A stretch of 64,000 bases of DNA from Podarcis cretensis (Eukaryota): contig OX638151.1 of assembly GCA_951804945.1 (NCBI GenBank), forward strand, positions 34,534,001 through 34,598,000, written 5' to 3'. Numbering within the stretch: the stretch's first letter is position 1; every line of letters starts with the position of its first letter. The position numbers were made by a program, and so were the translations under genes. The notes under the pieces were generated by a model. It made no database searches and was not told where the DNA came from. It worked only from the letters and a program-made list of their open reading frames with translations. Positions 11,521 through 23,936 of this stretch are shown piece after piece.

Positions 11521-12875
11521 GGTTTGAGTTTGGGCCTGTTCTTCGTGTGGTAGGGAGGGATATTTTCCTTCACATTATTGCTTGGGTGTGTGTGTGAACA
11601 CTTCTATTACAATGTATGGCTTTATTACCTTTTTGGCTGTTCAAAGGTACCCTTCCATTCTTAACTTGTAAGTCGCTTTGAGATTTTGTCTCTAGAGATT
11701 TCTGCTCTAGAGACATTTCAGAGGTGATGCAGGTTTTAAGAAGAATGTGATAAAATAATCAGAAAGTGTACTTTACTTTGGATTCTGACTCCATTATCCT
11801 ACGTTACATTACCCTAACTACATATTAATTGCAACAAAACAAACTGCTGCTCAGCAGCATTTTCTTTCTTTCTTTTTTAAAAGGATAAAATCTAAATTTG
11901 TATCCAGTCCTTGAAGATAAACATGAAAATAAGAGCACAGTGAGACTGAACAGTGCCATTTGGGTTCAGTCTGCAGGCTCAGAACTGCTTCTTTCTCTCC
12001 CTCCTCCTTCTCTCTGCAACTTTCCACTTCTGTTGAACTTTTCAGACTGCGACTTTATCAATTGCTCTTTTATACCCAGGAAAACCAGATACTGAGAAAC
12101 TTCAAAGGAGTCTATTGGTTTAGCATTCCAGAACCTGATGGAGCCAGGAAGCTTAAAGAAGATAACCACAGTTCTTGCTTTTTCTCATTTTGATAAACTT
12201 TCAGGTAGTTGCTAAATAGTAGATGCTCTATAAAATGACGGTGGGGAGGTTACCAGCAGCATGAAAGGCAAATCTCGCCTATCAACATATATGGATTGAC
12301 TCGGTTTGTTTTAAATTGCATTTCAATGTTTCGGTTTTGAGAATGCAACTCCGTGAGGGAAGCTGGTGTTCAGAATCCTGGGTGCCCTGGAAGAACATAA
12401 ACGTCAACAAAATTTGCAGTCTAGTAAAGGTGCGGTGCCAGACTTTTTGACTTAATTTATGCGACAGCCTTGTGCCCAATTTACGAGCCTCCGCTGCAGC
12501 CATTTATTTATTTATTTAAATTATTTATACCCTGCTTTTCAGCTTGAAAAGCCTCCCAGTAAAAATTATACCATCCCTGTGAAAGTTCTGTGAGTGCTAG
12601 GATTTCTGATTGCGCAACGGAATGTTCTCTCCTCCCTCCTCCCTGCCCCTCCCCCCCCCGCACCTGCTAAATCTGTTCTGGGTTCGCCCCCCCCACCCCA
12701 CAAAGCAGATTGGGGGACAGCAAGGGGTGTGTGCAGGAAGACGAAGGGGGGAGATCTCATTGCACTTATGCTCATAATTGCACTAGCACAATAATTTAGT
12801 TGAGTACTGCCCACCACTGTTATTTTTACAGCCTGTAAGGGAAATTTGCTAAATTCACAGAAATGCGTAGGTTTC

Positions 12876-12929
<54 letters not shown>
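12876..12929 (+). repeat. (GTT)18 microsatellite
   Basis: Seen directly. Confidence 0.97.
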
Positions 12930-13294
12930 CACCCTGAAATCCTACCCAGACCAAACACACTCCTCTTTTATTATTTCCGCTATTTTTGTGCCAGGCTATT
13001 ATATGGTATTCTTGAAACATACATCTGCTCATAATGTTGCTTGTAAATGCATATGATTACATATGAATTGCCACACTTGTTTGCCTCTGCCACTGTCTGC
13101 TGCTGCTGTTGTGATCACTGATCTTCTTCCAGCTCAGCTGCATATGCAAACACATACATATTAGTTCACCTAAGTTCATGTAGTCAGTGCTGTTTTCCTG
13201 CATGACCTAATGTGATTTCCTTTCTCCGGTCTACTGGAGATGGTGTACATCTCTCAGGATTTTCATTCCCAAGTGCCCATGGGAAGCCCATAAG

Positions 13295-13630
13295 CAGGGG
13301 TGGAGGAAGGGGGGTGCGGTGGGGGTGAGTTGCCCCGGGTGTGCTGGGCAGCACTCACTGTGGCGCCTGCAGTGTGCCTGAGCCATGTGTCTCTCCTGAG
13401 AGTGACACGGTGGCTTGGGGCACCCACAGGCTCTGTGCTGCCCCAAACGGTCCGCCCGCGGCCTTCCCCTCAGCTGTAGGGCGGCTGAGTGGGAGGAGGC
13501 AGGCAAACTCCTCAGAGGCCCAGTGGAGCGTCCTGCCCCAGCTTGTCCCACCCTGCGGGTGGCTGGCCCCACCCCTGGGCACAGGGCATGCATGCTGCCC
13601 TAGGTGCCCGAGCAGCTTGCTCCGCCGCTG
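13295..13630. mobile_element. GC-rich hAT (Tip100-like) non-autonomous element
   Basis: Imperfect TIRs CAGGGGTGGAGGAAG / CTTGCTCCGCCGCTG; perfect 8-bp TSD CCCATAAG (13287-13294, 13631-13638). Confidence 0.85.
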
Positions 13631-13830
13631 CCCATAAGCACGACCTGAGTGCAACAGCACTCTCCCCACTTGTGAGCCCTAGCATATTGTATTTCAGAGG
13701 TCAACAGAGGGAAGTCAGAGTGTTCCCCTCTAGCAGTATGTTTCATATCACATATATCATTGGGTTAGCCAAAACATTTGAAGTAACCCTGCCCAATCCT
13801 CAGTTACTATCCTTTGCTTTGTATCATACC

Positions 13831-14213
13831 TAGGGCGGCACATCTCATTTTGCCGCTTGAGGCGAAACAGGAAGTGCAGTTTTGCCCTGCTGCTACTGCA
13901 GCCACTCCCACCACCACCTATCTGCCCCTGCTACTGCCCACGCTGCTGCCACCTTGAACCCTGCTGCACCTGACACTGGCAAGGAAGTGTCACTGCCATT
14001 GGCACTGATTTTGAGCAAGCTTGCGCTGATTTTGGGTGAGATCTCATACAAAATGCACATGATATTGTCCCAAATTGACACTGATAGCGGTAGTGCTTTT
14101 CCTCCACTGGTGGAGGCACCAGAGAAGGCAGGGCACCCATGGCCTGCTTCCTGGGCGGTCTTCTGCCACCTGAAGCAGTGGACTCACCCTGCCTAATGGC
14201 TGGACTGGTTCTG
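13831..14213. mobile_element. Older hAT-like non-autonomous element
   Basis: 8-bp TSD ATCATACC (13823-13830, 14214-14221); degenerate ends TAGGGCGG / CTGGTTCTG. Confidence 0.65.
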
Positions 14214-14278
14214 ATCATACCCCTGAGCTCCAGCCTTGACTCTGAATCTGTTTTTGCTGTATTCCTATGATGGACATG

Positions 14279-14279
<1 letters not shown>

Positions 14280-14309
<30 letters not shown>
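14280..14309 (+). repeat. (AAT)n microsatellite
   Basis: Seen directly. Confidence 0.95.
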
Positions 14310-14310
<1 letters not shown>

Positions 14311-15265
14311 CTTTGTTTTACAAAGTAGTAGTGTCTGGTTCCGGATTCCTCCCTTTTCATTATATTTATCACATCAGGCACAAAGTCAAGAGCTTCCAAC
14401 ATGTCAGGACACTGCCAACTATACTGACACATGGGCAGATTATTCCAACCTCTTAGAATTGCCTAATTGAAGTGGGTGTGTCAGAGTATAGGCTACATGT
14501 GTGACAGGAGACTAATGTGTTATGGTGACCTGCTTCTGTAGACTTCTTTCACATCATCCGCATTCGCGACAGAGAGCTACCTCATGTCTCCTCTCCTACA
14601 ACTTTCCACCTTTCCTATTATTTCTATAATATTGCCCATTTCCCACTCTTGCAAGAGTAGCTTCCCTGCTGCTTTGCATCGGAATGTCTCCCCTTCCTGC
14701 TTCTCATTCAGCAACTCTTCTCCACCTCTCATTACTGCTCTCAATCTCTATACTGGTAACGAAAGTTATGGGACAAGTGGCCTGTAGCCTATGTATGCAT
14801 ACAAGTACAAATCATTCTACTAGTCTAGGTTTCAGTAATGGCTTGTTCAAGCTGCGAAGTTATGTATGCTCGATGTTCGTCCATTTCTTTCCCCCAGATA
14901 CATTTCATTGCTACTACAACTGTGCAGTTATTGATAATTCTCCTAAACAAGCGTCTCTAAAATATGCATCTATTGATCATTGCTAAATTCTGCAAGTGAG
15001 TTGTAATAGCATGTCACAGCGTAAGCAAGATTGTACTTTCTCCCTGTTCACGACGGCTTCGGCGTTTGTCCCAGGCAAAGCAATCGATGCTCTGTATCAG
15101 TATCCTGAATTAAAGATAGCTGGGTGGGCCTATATGCAAAATTCCAAAATATGCATTAGAGCATTATCTTTTCTAGGCCAACCTAGCATCACAAAATAGT
15201 GTGCAAGGTTTCAAGTTCCCCAGAAGCGTCAAAGTAAAGAGATGGGGGGGGGGAGAGAGGCATTA

Positions 15266-15506
15266 CAGTGGTACCTCAAGTTACAAATGTATCAGGTTAC
15301 AAACGCTTCAGGTTACAAACTCCACTAACCTGGAAGAGTTACCTTGAGTTGAGAACTTTGCCCCAGGATGAGAACGGAAATTGTGTGCTGGTGGCGCAGC
15401 GGCAGCAAGAGGCCCCATTAGCGAAATCACGCCTCTAGTTAAGAACAGTTTCAGGTTAAGAACGGATATCCGGAACAAATTAAGTTCATAACTAGAGGTA
15501 CCACTG
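15266..15506 (+). mobile_element. Tc1/mariner (Tigger-like) MITE, family A
   Basis: TA|CAGTGGTACCTC ... GAGGTACCACTG|TA. Confidence 0.9.
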
Positions 15507-17949
15507 TAACTATTAATCGCACATGCATAGAATGTTTTTCCTTGTGTAAAAAAGAAGAAGTTAATGCCCTTTGGCGTGTTACAAAGAATACTTCACAACA
15601 TGTAATTTACAACTAGAATTGTAAAGGGAAACCAGAGGCCCATTCTTCCACCTGCAGGAATGGCTCAAGGTACATATGATTTAGTCCACAGTAAGGATGG
15701 TGCAGGACCAGTCCATCCATTCCTGTATTGTTTGCTTGTATTATTGGTGTATTTGGATGAATCCAAGCCAAGGCAGGCTGCCTCAGGTGGATGTTAGGTT
15801 TGTCCAAGGTGAAGCAGGATCTGTACAAGGTTGCACATGTCTTAGCAAGGAAATCTAAAGCAATCCAGGGAGCCAAAGAGTGAAAAAAAATGTTGCAGGC
15901 AAACATCTACTATGTCTTTAAGCCTACCATACAAGAAAAACAATATGGAGGGGAGGGAACAGAATCGAAACTTATGTCTGTAGCTTAGGGAAAACACCAG
16001 AATCAAGGAGGGTGAGTTCTTTCACAACTAACAGCTGTAGCTTATGGTCAGAGGGAATGATTTTACTAGTGCTCTCCAATTCTGGTGCCTTGGAGGAAGG
16101 AGCAGTTTAACAGCAGCAGCACTTGTGTCTCTAAACTTAAGGAAGATACCCAGATGAAGAGAGAAGATGAAGGTTTTAACCGACAAGGCGAGCTTGAAAT
16201 CAGATGGAATGTCTTTAAGTTCTTCCTATTCTCAAAATTAGCTTTAAAGGAGCCTAACACAATAGCACCCAAACCTATTTGTCTGCAATTTGGCAGGTTT
16301 TCTTACCCAGGCTCAGCTCTCTCATGTCTGCAATGTTAAGGCCAATGGCCCACAAAACACATGGGGAAATTGATTCCTAATTTCACCCATTCCAAAATCT
16401 TAATGGCTGTCCTTGCAGGAAAACCACTGCAGCCATCCTTCTGAAATCTGGCAGCATTCATTACTTCAAAGGGGTTGACAGAGCCTGCAAATTTCATCAA
16501 ATTCTATCCAAAATAAAAAGTTATAGACATCCCCTTTTAAAAAATAATAAAACTTTAAATGTGCCTAACAAAAAAGCCACTGGACCTATTTTTTTTGTAA
16601 TATGCCAGGCTTTATCCACTATGGTGGAGCAATTAAGCTTGCAAATTCCATCCACTTCTGTCAAAAGATTAAGAAGTTATATTAATTTTAATTCCCTATA
16701 ATGATTGGGGGAAGAAACAATATGGAACTGGACAGACTCTAAGCCAAATTGGGCAGTCTATGAAGCATCTAAGACCAAGGTGGGCTGTTTTTCAATGTGC
16801 CAAATCAGGGACTGAACCAAATCTTGAGGCTGGTGCTTGTTCCTGGTTATTACTACATAGCAACAAGAATGATGTAACATCATTACTTACCACCCATACA
16901 TTTACAGCCAACGTAAACCAATCATTGGATAAATTGGCAAAATATGTATTGATAAGTAAATGAATAATGAACTATCGAATATGACTTCTGTTATTTCTTC
17001 TTTCCTCCAGTAATCATCTTCATGAATAGCACCACTGAAGTTTCTAAATGTAAGCAAATAGTTGCTTGATCCATTTTGTTCTGACTTGAATATTGATTTT
17101 GACCTCTAATCAAGATCAATGAAAATCCTTCCACACAAGGAAGGGCTCTCTAAGGTTGCTTTTCCAGAGCTTGATGTTCTGACCTCTGTGAGTAAAGGGA
17201 GTAATTTTGGACTCTGCGGGAAAGTATTGCAATTAGAAAGGGATGAAGAGAAAGAAACACTTGAGCCTTAAATATCCTATCACTTTCTGGTGATTACTAA
17301 ACTCAAGGTAGATTTTCCTTTATATGTGTCTAGAATTCAGAAAATTATTTGAATTAGCATATGCAGAAATTGCTTTAGCATATTAATCGATGAAAGATTG
17401 GACAGCTAAATGGATAGAAAAAAATAGCTGTAATACTAAAATCCCACTTCAGAAGAAAGGAAATTTCAAAAACAAAGCCCTTACACTTTAGGTTAAGGAT
17501 GACTTCATATTGAGAAGGGATTGTTCCCCTTCCTAACCTGGCTAGATCTGAAGAGGTGATGCTATTGGTCAATATCCTGTGGCACGATCTGGGCAGGACC
17601 CTCCCAGCTCTCACCTGGGACCTTCTCTTTCTTTTTCCAGTCTCCTGTCCTGGGAGATCTTCCCTGCCTCTCACACAGGGTCCTTCACTATCCATCCATC
17701 CATCCATCCCCTTCATGTGCACACAATCCCCTCAGTAACCCAGAGTAGATGACACCAAAAGAAACAAATCAGCAAGGGAAAAAGAAGAAAAAGAAAGAGG
17801 ATGATGAAAATAATAAAAGAATGAAAAATAAACGATATGAGAGATAAATCAAAACAGCTTCCAATTCTCCATCTGTCAGTTATATTTATAAAGATTATTC
17901 AAAGTATTCACTCCAGGATAGTATCCAGCTATTCCTCCTTCTGCTAGGG

Positions 17950-18180
17950 AGTTTGTATCCCTCCATATGTTGTTAGATTACAACTCCCTTCATTCCTGAC
18001 CATTGGCCATGCTAGCTGGGGCTGATGGGCCAACAGCACCTGGAGGGCCACAGATTACCTATCCCTATTCTAGATGTTGTGAACTACACAACTCCCATCA
18101 TTTCTGAGCATTGACCTTGCTGCCTGTGAATGATAGTTGTAGTCTAAAACATACGGAGGGCACCAGGTCGGAGAAGGCGG
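17950..18180. mobile_element. Two tandem degenerate palindromic hAT MITEs
   Basis: Two successive copies of the CCAGATGTT..ACTACAACTCCCATCAT..GTTGTAGT..TGGAGGGC family. Confidence 0.6.
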
Positions 18181-20909
18181 CCTCTGATTTAATCTATTTC
18201 AACTGTTCCTCAGAGATCCAATAAATCTGAATCTGTTCACTCATTGTACTCTCATGCATGCTATCAGGATCGCTCACAGTCCAACAAAAGGAAAGAAAAT
18301 AGGGCTTTATTGATTTCTTCAGACAGTTCCTAGAGAACAACAGCAAGTAGCCTACGCAACATACAGTAATTAACTTGCTTTCCTTGTATCACACTCAAAG
18401 CTGGTGCAAACTACTGCACATTCAGTAATTCAGATCGTATTGTGTGTTAACCAAGGAAACCCAACATTTCTGTTTTGGAGGGATAATAATGGCTACAATT
18501 ATTTGAGAAATACAGATGATTTCAGATTCTTCTAGGTTTCCTATACTTAGGATGAAACATGTATCAACACTTTTTTCCTGATTAAATTCTGTTTTCATTT
18601 GTCCTGACTTATTATTGACGAATGATTGAATAAATGCTAAGGCAGCACTTGGCTTACGACATGGCAATGTTCCAAAATATTATATTGATTTTGCTATAAT
18701 CACTTATGATCTCTTTGCTTAGCTGTTTCCCCATGGTCTCAGAAAGCCCTGCTTTGGGGTAAAACAACTCTCTCTCTATGTTTATTACCATCCTACTTGA
18801 CTTATTTGGAAGTGGAAAGGGGCATTATAGTGTTTGCATGTTCACTTCGCCCATATGCTCACTCTTTAGGGTGAAATATGCCTCTGTTGCTTTCTTTTTA
18901 AGGATGTAAGACCACCTTGCAATCCACCAATACTTGTGACCCACCATATTTCAAACAAACTGTGCATTTAGCTGAACCATTGACAGGAACAACAATGCAT
19001 TGCTACCTAAGAAAATCAAGCTAATAGGTGCTAATAGAATTAATTGGGCTCTGTAAATTATTATGGATTTTCTCTCAGCAAAATTTGCATTTCTACTGAA
19101 TGTACTTTGCTTAAGCCTCCAACTTACTCAGGCTTTCTAAAAAACATCCACTTCTCAGTGGGTTGTGCACACTGGATTCACACAAGGGAACAGCATGATC
19201 AGAGGGTTTAGCAGTAATAAGGATGCAATACAGGTTCTTTTTAGCCAGTGACAGCATTCCTTCCACTGCGTTTCACCAGGAGTGGCATTTCATTTTACTT
19301 CCATTGACCGGCTTTGCACTGAAAAGTGACTTGCTATTTATTCATAATTTTCTTCCATTAACTTCTTTAGTGGAAGTCAAGCAATTTTCTCCATTAAAAT
19401 CAGGCAATGTAGATAGTGTGTGTTCAGGTCAAATTGAGACCATAAGCCCCTCAAAACCATAATGGTTTCACAGGGAGGCCCTATCATTAGGTAAAGTGAG
19501 GCGGCTGATGCATGGGAGCAGCAGCGAGATACTAGAAGACAGATTTCTTTGTGCCACATGCCCTGCCCTGCACCTTCAAAGCTTGCTTCCTGCCCTCAGG
19601 TTTGGTGGGTGGCTAGCACTATCTTGTCTTCAGCTGGAGTAAGAGTTAGTTGCAAATAAAGTCGATGTTTGTAGGTGGAATTGGCCAGGCTGTAGGGGAT
19701 CTTGTCATTGGTACCAAGCATCAAATTTTCCTGTACCATCTGTGTAGTTTCAGTTATATCAGTTTTGAGTACATCCATTTCCAAGGTTATGCCATTTTAA
19801 GTGGCTTGGCAATATCAATCCCTTTTCAAAATCATGTATTTTTGAGACTTTCAGTACTGGAACAAGTGCCCTTCCAGTACTTTCAGACTTCCCCTGTCAG
19901 GATCCATACAGCAATGGACAAGGAATCTTCGTTTCATTCATGCCACTAGTGAAAGAAACAAACAAAAGCCCTCCTGCCTCCAGGCCTCACTATTTCCTCC
20001 TTTCTTCAGTTTTATTCCACCACTGACTGCTTCTCTCAGTTCCTGATTTTCAGGATCCTGCCTTTCCCTCCCATTTCTTTAGCCACTCTGTCTCTTGACC
20101 AGCCCCCACCCCTGCAATACTCCTCCCACCCCCATCAAAATATATAGCCCCTACTAACCTCAAGTGCTGTGAGGCTTCCTCTTCAGAGCTGCCTATAATA
20201 AAGCCTCTTCCTTTACTTACTGTTTCTCTTAGACTCCTCTCTCACTGCACTCTTTCTTCAGTCTCCTTGTCTCTCTTGACTTCCTTAGCTCCCCTAACTC
20301 CCAGGACCTGTTTCTAATCCCCAGATGTCCCCATGTGAGGTTTCAATCCCAGCCATATAGACAATTTTCCTATCCCATATAAGTTCTGGACTGCAAGCTG
20401 CCTTGTTCCCTGAGCAACTGAATATTCTGAGGCTCAGAATTGTTATCTGATTCTCAACAATTATATGGTACACCAGCTCAGCCAATCCATGTTGGAGGCT
20501 TCACCATCAACGCAAAACAACATTGTTACAGGATTACTATCTGGTTATTGGGGTGAGACCTTAAGGCAATGTCTGGCCAGAGTCAGATTTGACCAGAAAA
20601 ATACCGGTGGCTCAGAATGGGCCCTTGATTCTTTCTAGACGTGAAAGATACAGAGATATATCTGGGACGACACATCCAATATCTGGAGGGCACCATGTTG
20701 GCTTCCCTTGTTCTATATGCTTTTCAGTTCTCATTCACACTTCTTGACAGAATTCCAAATCCTTGTTAGCCTACCCACTTCTGCAGGTTCCTTTCCTCTA
20801 TTTTTATGGCCTCTGATGCCTTTCAAGTGTGGCACAATAGGTTCTCTAACAAAGAAAAGAAAAACTTCCATTTGTTCCCTGCAGCCACAGTGGACGACTT
20901 TCCAATTTT

Positions 20910-20979
20910 GTTGTTGTTTAGTCGTGTCCGACTCTTTGTGACCCCATGGACCAGAGCACGCCAGGCACTCCTATCTTCC
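20910..20979 (-). mobile_element. 70-bp ultra-truncated Bov-B 3' end
   Basis: Matches the Bov-B at about 6365-6430, has a (CAA)n tail; 13-bp TSD ACTTTCCAATTTT (20897-20909, 20980-20992). Confidence 0.88.
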
Positions 20980-22079
20980 ACTTTCCAATTTTATATCTTG
21001 CCAAATACTGGTCTGACTAACTTTGTCACAAACTTACCTAGACCATGCAACCAGGTGTCTATGGAATGTGTGGATTTAATATCACTATTGCAGCCCTACA
21101 AAGAATCTGGGATAGAAGCAAATTACCAAGAGGGGGACTTAGCATAAAGTCATGCAAACTGTTCACTCCAGATTTAGACACTGTTATGTGAGTTAGCATA
21201 GGTTCTCACGCCCAACATCCGCCAGATTATTTTGCCTCATAAGAGATCTGTTTAATGTAATCTATCATCCACTGAGTATTCACTTCCCTTATGCCTATGG
21301 AATATTTGTGGATGACAGTTGAGGATATCAGTATTGAGATATCAGTCCCTTCACAATGATTATCAAATCAGAGCCCAACCCAGATAATGTGTAATGATCG
21401 AACTATTTTAGTCTATGTGGTAGTTTGTGTGGGAATGAGATAGGATGGGGGAAGAGAGCAGGGCAGTGGTCCAATTTCCAAAGTTAGTGATATTTCAGAA
21501 ATGGTCAGTTAACTTCCTCCCTTGACAATCCTTTCCTTTTCTCTGACTCTCTCCTCTCCTTGGTGCAATGTGAGGGGCCCCATGCCAGATACGATGCTTT
21601 CCAATGTTCATTTCACGGATGACTTCAATAATATTGTCAGAGGCTATCCTTGTTTAAAGTAACATTCTTCTGCGTTCTTGAGCTCCTGCATTGTCCTGGT
21701 GTCAACAGCCATTTAAACACACTGTAAGCTTTCAATATCTCTCTTAACTTCATGTAAGCAAATATTGATTGTGACTGGGATAGTAATTGCACTCATTCAT
21801 GATAATAGATGGCCCATTGGCTGCAACCATTAGAGCTTGTTTAATCGGGGAAAAACAACCCTAATTGCCTTCCTGGAGAGACAAGGGCTGATGTGGCAGT
21901 GGATGGGACTGCATTAACGGTAATGTGATGCCAGAGTTTATAATGGACACTCATCTATTTGTTACTGTAGATGTCAGTAGCAGCATATCGCTGAAAGATT
22001 AATTGCTGGCTGAAGGTGCTAAAGGGCACTGATAATGAAAGGGAAGTCAATGAGAGGAAAGTATTCATCTGCGCCTGCG

Positions 22080-22295
22080 TGATATGATGGAGATTATGTT
22101 GGACTTGGACCAAGAAGACCTGGATTCAAATCCTCACTCAGCCATGAAGCACTTTGGTCATCATGAGCAAGCTGCTGGTTGTGTCTCTCAGGGCAACTTT
22201 CCTCCTAGGAAAATGTATGTATGTATCCTCATTTGAGGATAAAATGAGGAAAAAGACATGTCTCTGAGATCCACAGAAGTTGGGTATAAATGTGG
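22080..22295 (+). mobile_element. Old degenerate tRNA/CORE-SINE
   Basis: B-box-like GGATTCAAATCC followed by CACTCAGCCATGAAGC and a GTATAAAT-type end; heavily diverged. Confidence 0.5.
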
Positions 22296-22845
22296 TGGAC
22301 AGAAGAATGCTCAATGGGCATATATTATCATGAACTAGGAACTAACACACTTTTCCTGTGGCTAAGCCTGTGGCGACTATGCATCGCCACACATAGGAAT
22401 CCTTCATTGTGACACCCCAAGCACATGCTTTCAAAAGGCTGCTAAATACAGTACCTGTGAGAAATGGTCTTCACATGCTTTTTCCCCTCCCAGTATCCTG
22501 TGAAGTGGCATTGATTATTATTATTCCACAATAGTTGGGAACTTGGATTAGAATGAGTTCCATCATCTAAAATGACCTTGGTAACCATGAAATTTCATGG
22601 TACAAACGAAACATGAACCATGCATAGTTTATAATGCACTGTAAAATATGCAAACCCATGAGACTTAGGAGCTTGAAGGCTGGAGAACATGTCGTACAAT
22701 GCAATCTTATGCATGTTTGTTTACAAGTGAGACCCATTGCGTTTAATGAAGCCTAATTCCAGGCAGGGGTGCATAGAATTGAACTGATCCAGGCTGCTTG
22801 GCAGATGGTGTATGGTTGCTTCATTCCATCCTCACAACTGACATA

Positions 22846-23076
22846 CAGTGGTACCTCGGATTACATACACTTCAGGTTACAGACGCTTCAGGTTACAGAC
22901 TCCGCTAACCCAGAAATAGTACCTCAGGTTAAGAACTTTGCTTCAGGATGAGAACAGAAATCGTGCGGCAGCAGCGGGAGGCCCCATTAGCTAAAGTGGT
23001 GCTTCAGGTTAAGAACAGTTTCAGGTTAAGAACAGACCTCCAGAACGAATTAAGTTCTTAACCTGAGGTACCACTG
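22846..23076 (+). mobile_element. Tc1/mariner (Tigger-like) MITE, family A
   Basis: TA|CAGTGGTACCTC ... GAGGTACCACTG|TA. Confidence 0.9.
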
Positions 23077-23794
23077 TACTGCTTGTCATTCATTGCAGAG
23101 GAACCAATTGTAAGTTGGGCAATGGCAATAACTTGGCAAACAAGAGCCGAGTTGTCAGTGTGGCACATGGTGAATACATTACACAAGCCAAATTATGTAT
23201 AGCTCCATTCAACATATGTCCTCCACATTCCATATTTTATGAGGGTTCAGGACTGATTCCCACACAATGTTTTGTATTCCGGTATATATGTGTGGATGAT
23301 GTGGCGTGTGAATTCTGTATGCATGTCTCCACTTTCCTCTTTAAGCAAATGTGATTGGCAGCAGTTGGGGTCTGTGCTCATGAGTATTTAGAAGGGAAAA
23401 GCAGTTAACAATGCATTCATGCTTTATTCATAAGTGTCAATTTGCATGTGGTACTTGAGAAATTGTGTGTTTCTGTTTGTTTCTGGTTAGCATATCTAGA
23501 GAGAATCCAGAACTTCCCATAGGCATCCAGTTGGTCGCTATGAATAACAGGATGCTGGAATAGAAATGATTTTGGTCAAATCCAGCAGGGCTCTTATTAT
23601 ATTTTTACAGTCTATTTGCAAGCCTGTTGTCTAAAATTAATAGCTACCGTTGCTTGTTCCCATATTCTGTATGTTACACAGGAGTGGGCTTGTCAGTCTA
23701 GGTGGAAGTGAAAGGACCACAGACAGTAGTGTAATATAGAAAATTAGTCAATGATAAGACAGTGCAGTGAGGCAGGGATGGCCAAAGTTCACCG

Positions 23795-23936
23795 AGCAGA
23801 GTTTTTAATGGTTGATGTTTTATTGTGCTTTTAATACTTTGTTGGGAGCCTCCCAGAGTGGCTGGGGCAACCCAGTCATATGGACAGCATATAAACAACA
23901 ACAACTGCAACAGCAGCAGCAGCAACAACAACAACA
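23795..23936 (+). mobile_element. L2 3' UTR remnant with simple-repeat tail
   Basis: CCCAGAGTGGCTGGGGCAACCCAGTCA..TGG matches the reverse complement of the L2 end at 830-900. Confidence 0.7.

Noticed and set aside
12826-13034. Poly-Asn / poly-Cys ORFs (likewise poly-Ile/Leu near 7730)
   Set aside because: Translations of trinucleotide microsatellites.
13231-14218. GC-rich patch with several ~100-aa ORFs (possible exon or second CpG island)
   Set aside because: Explained by two TSD-bounded hAT elements.
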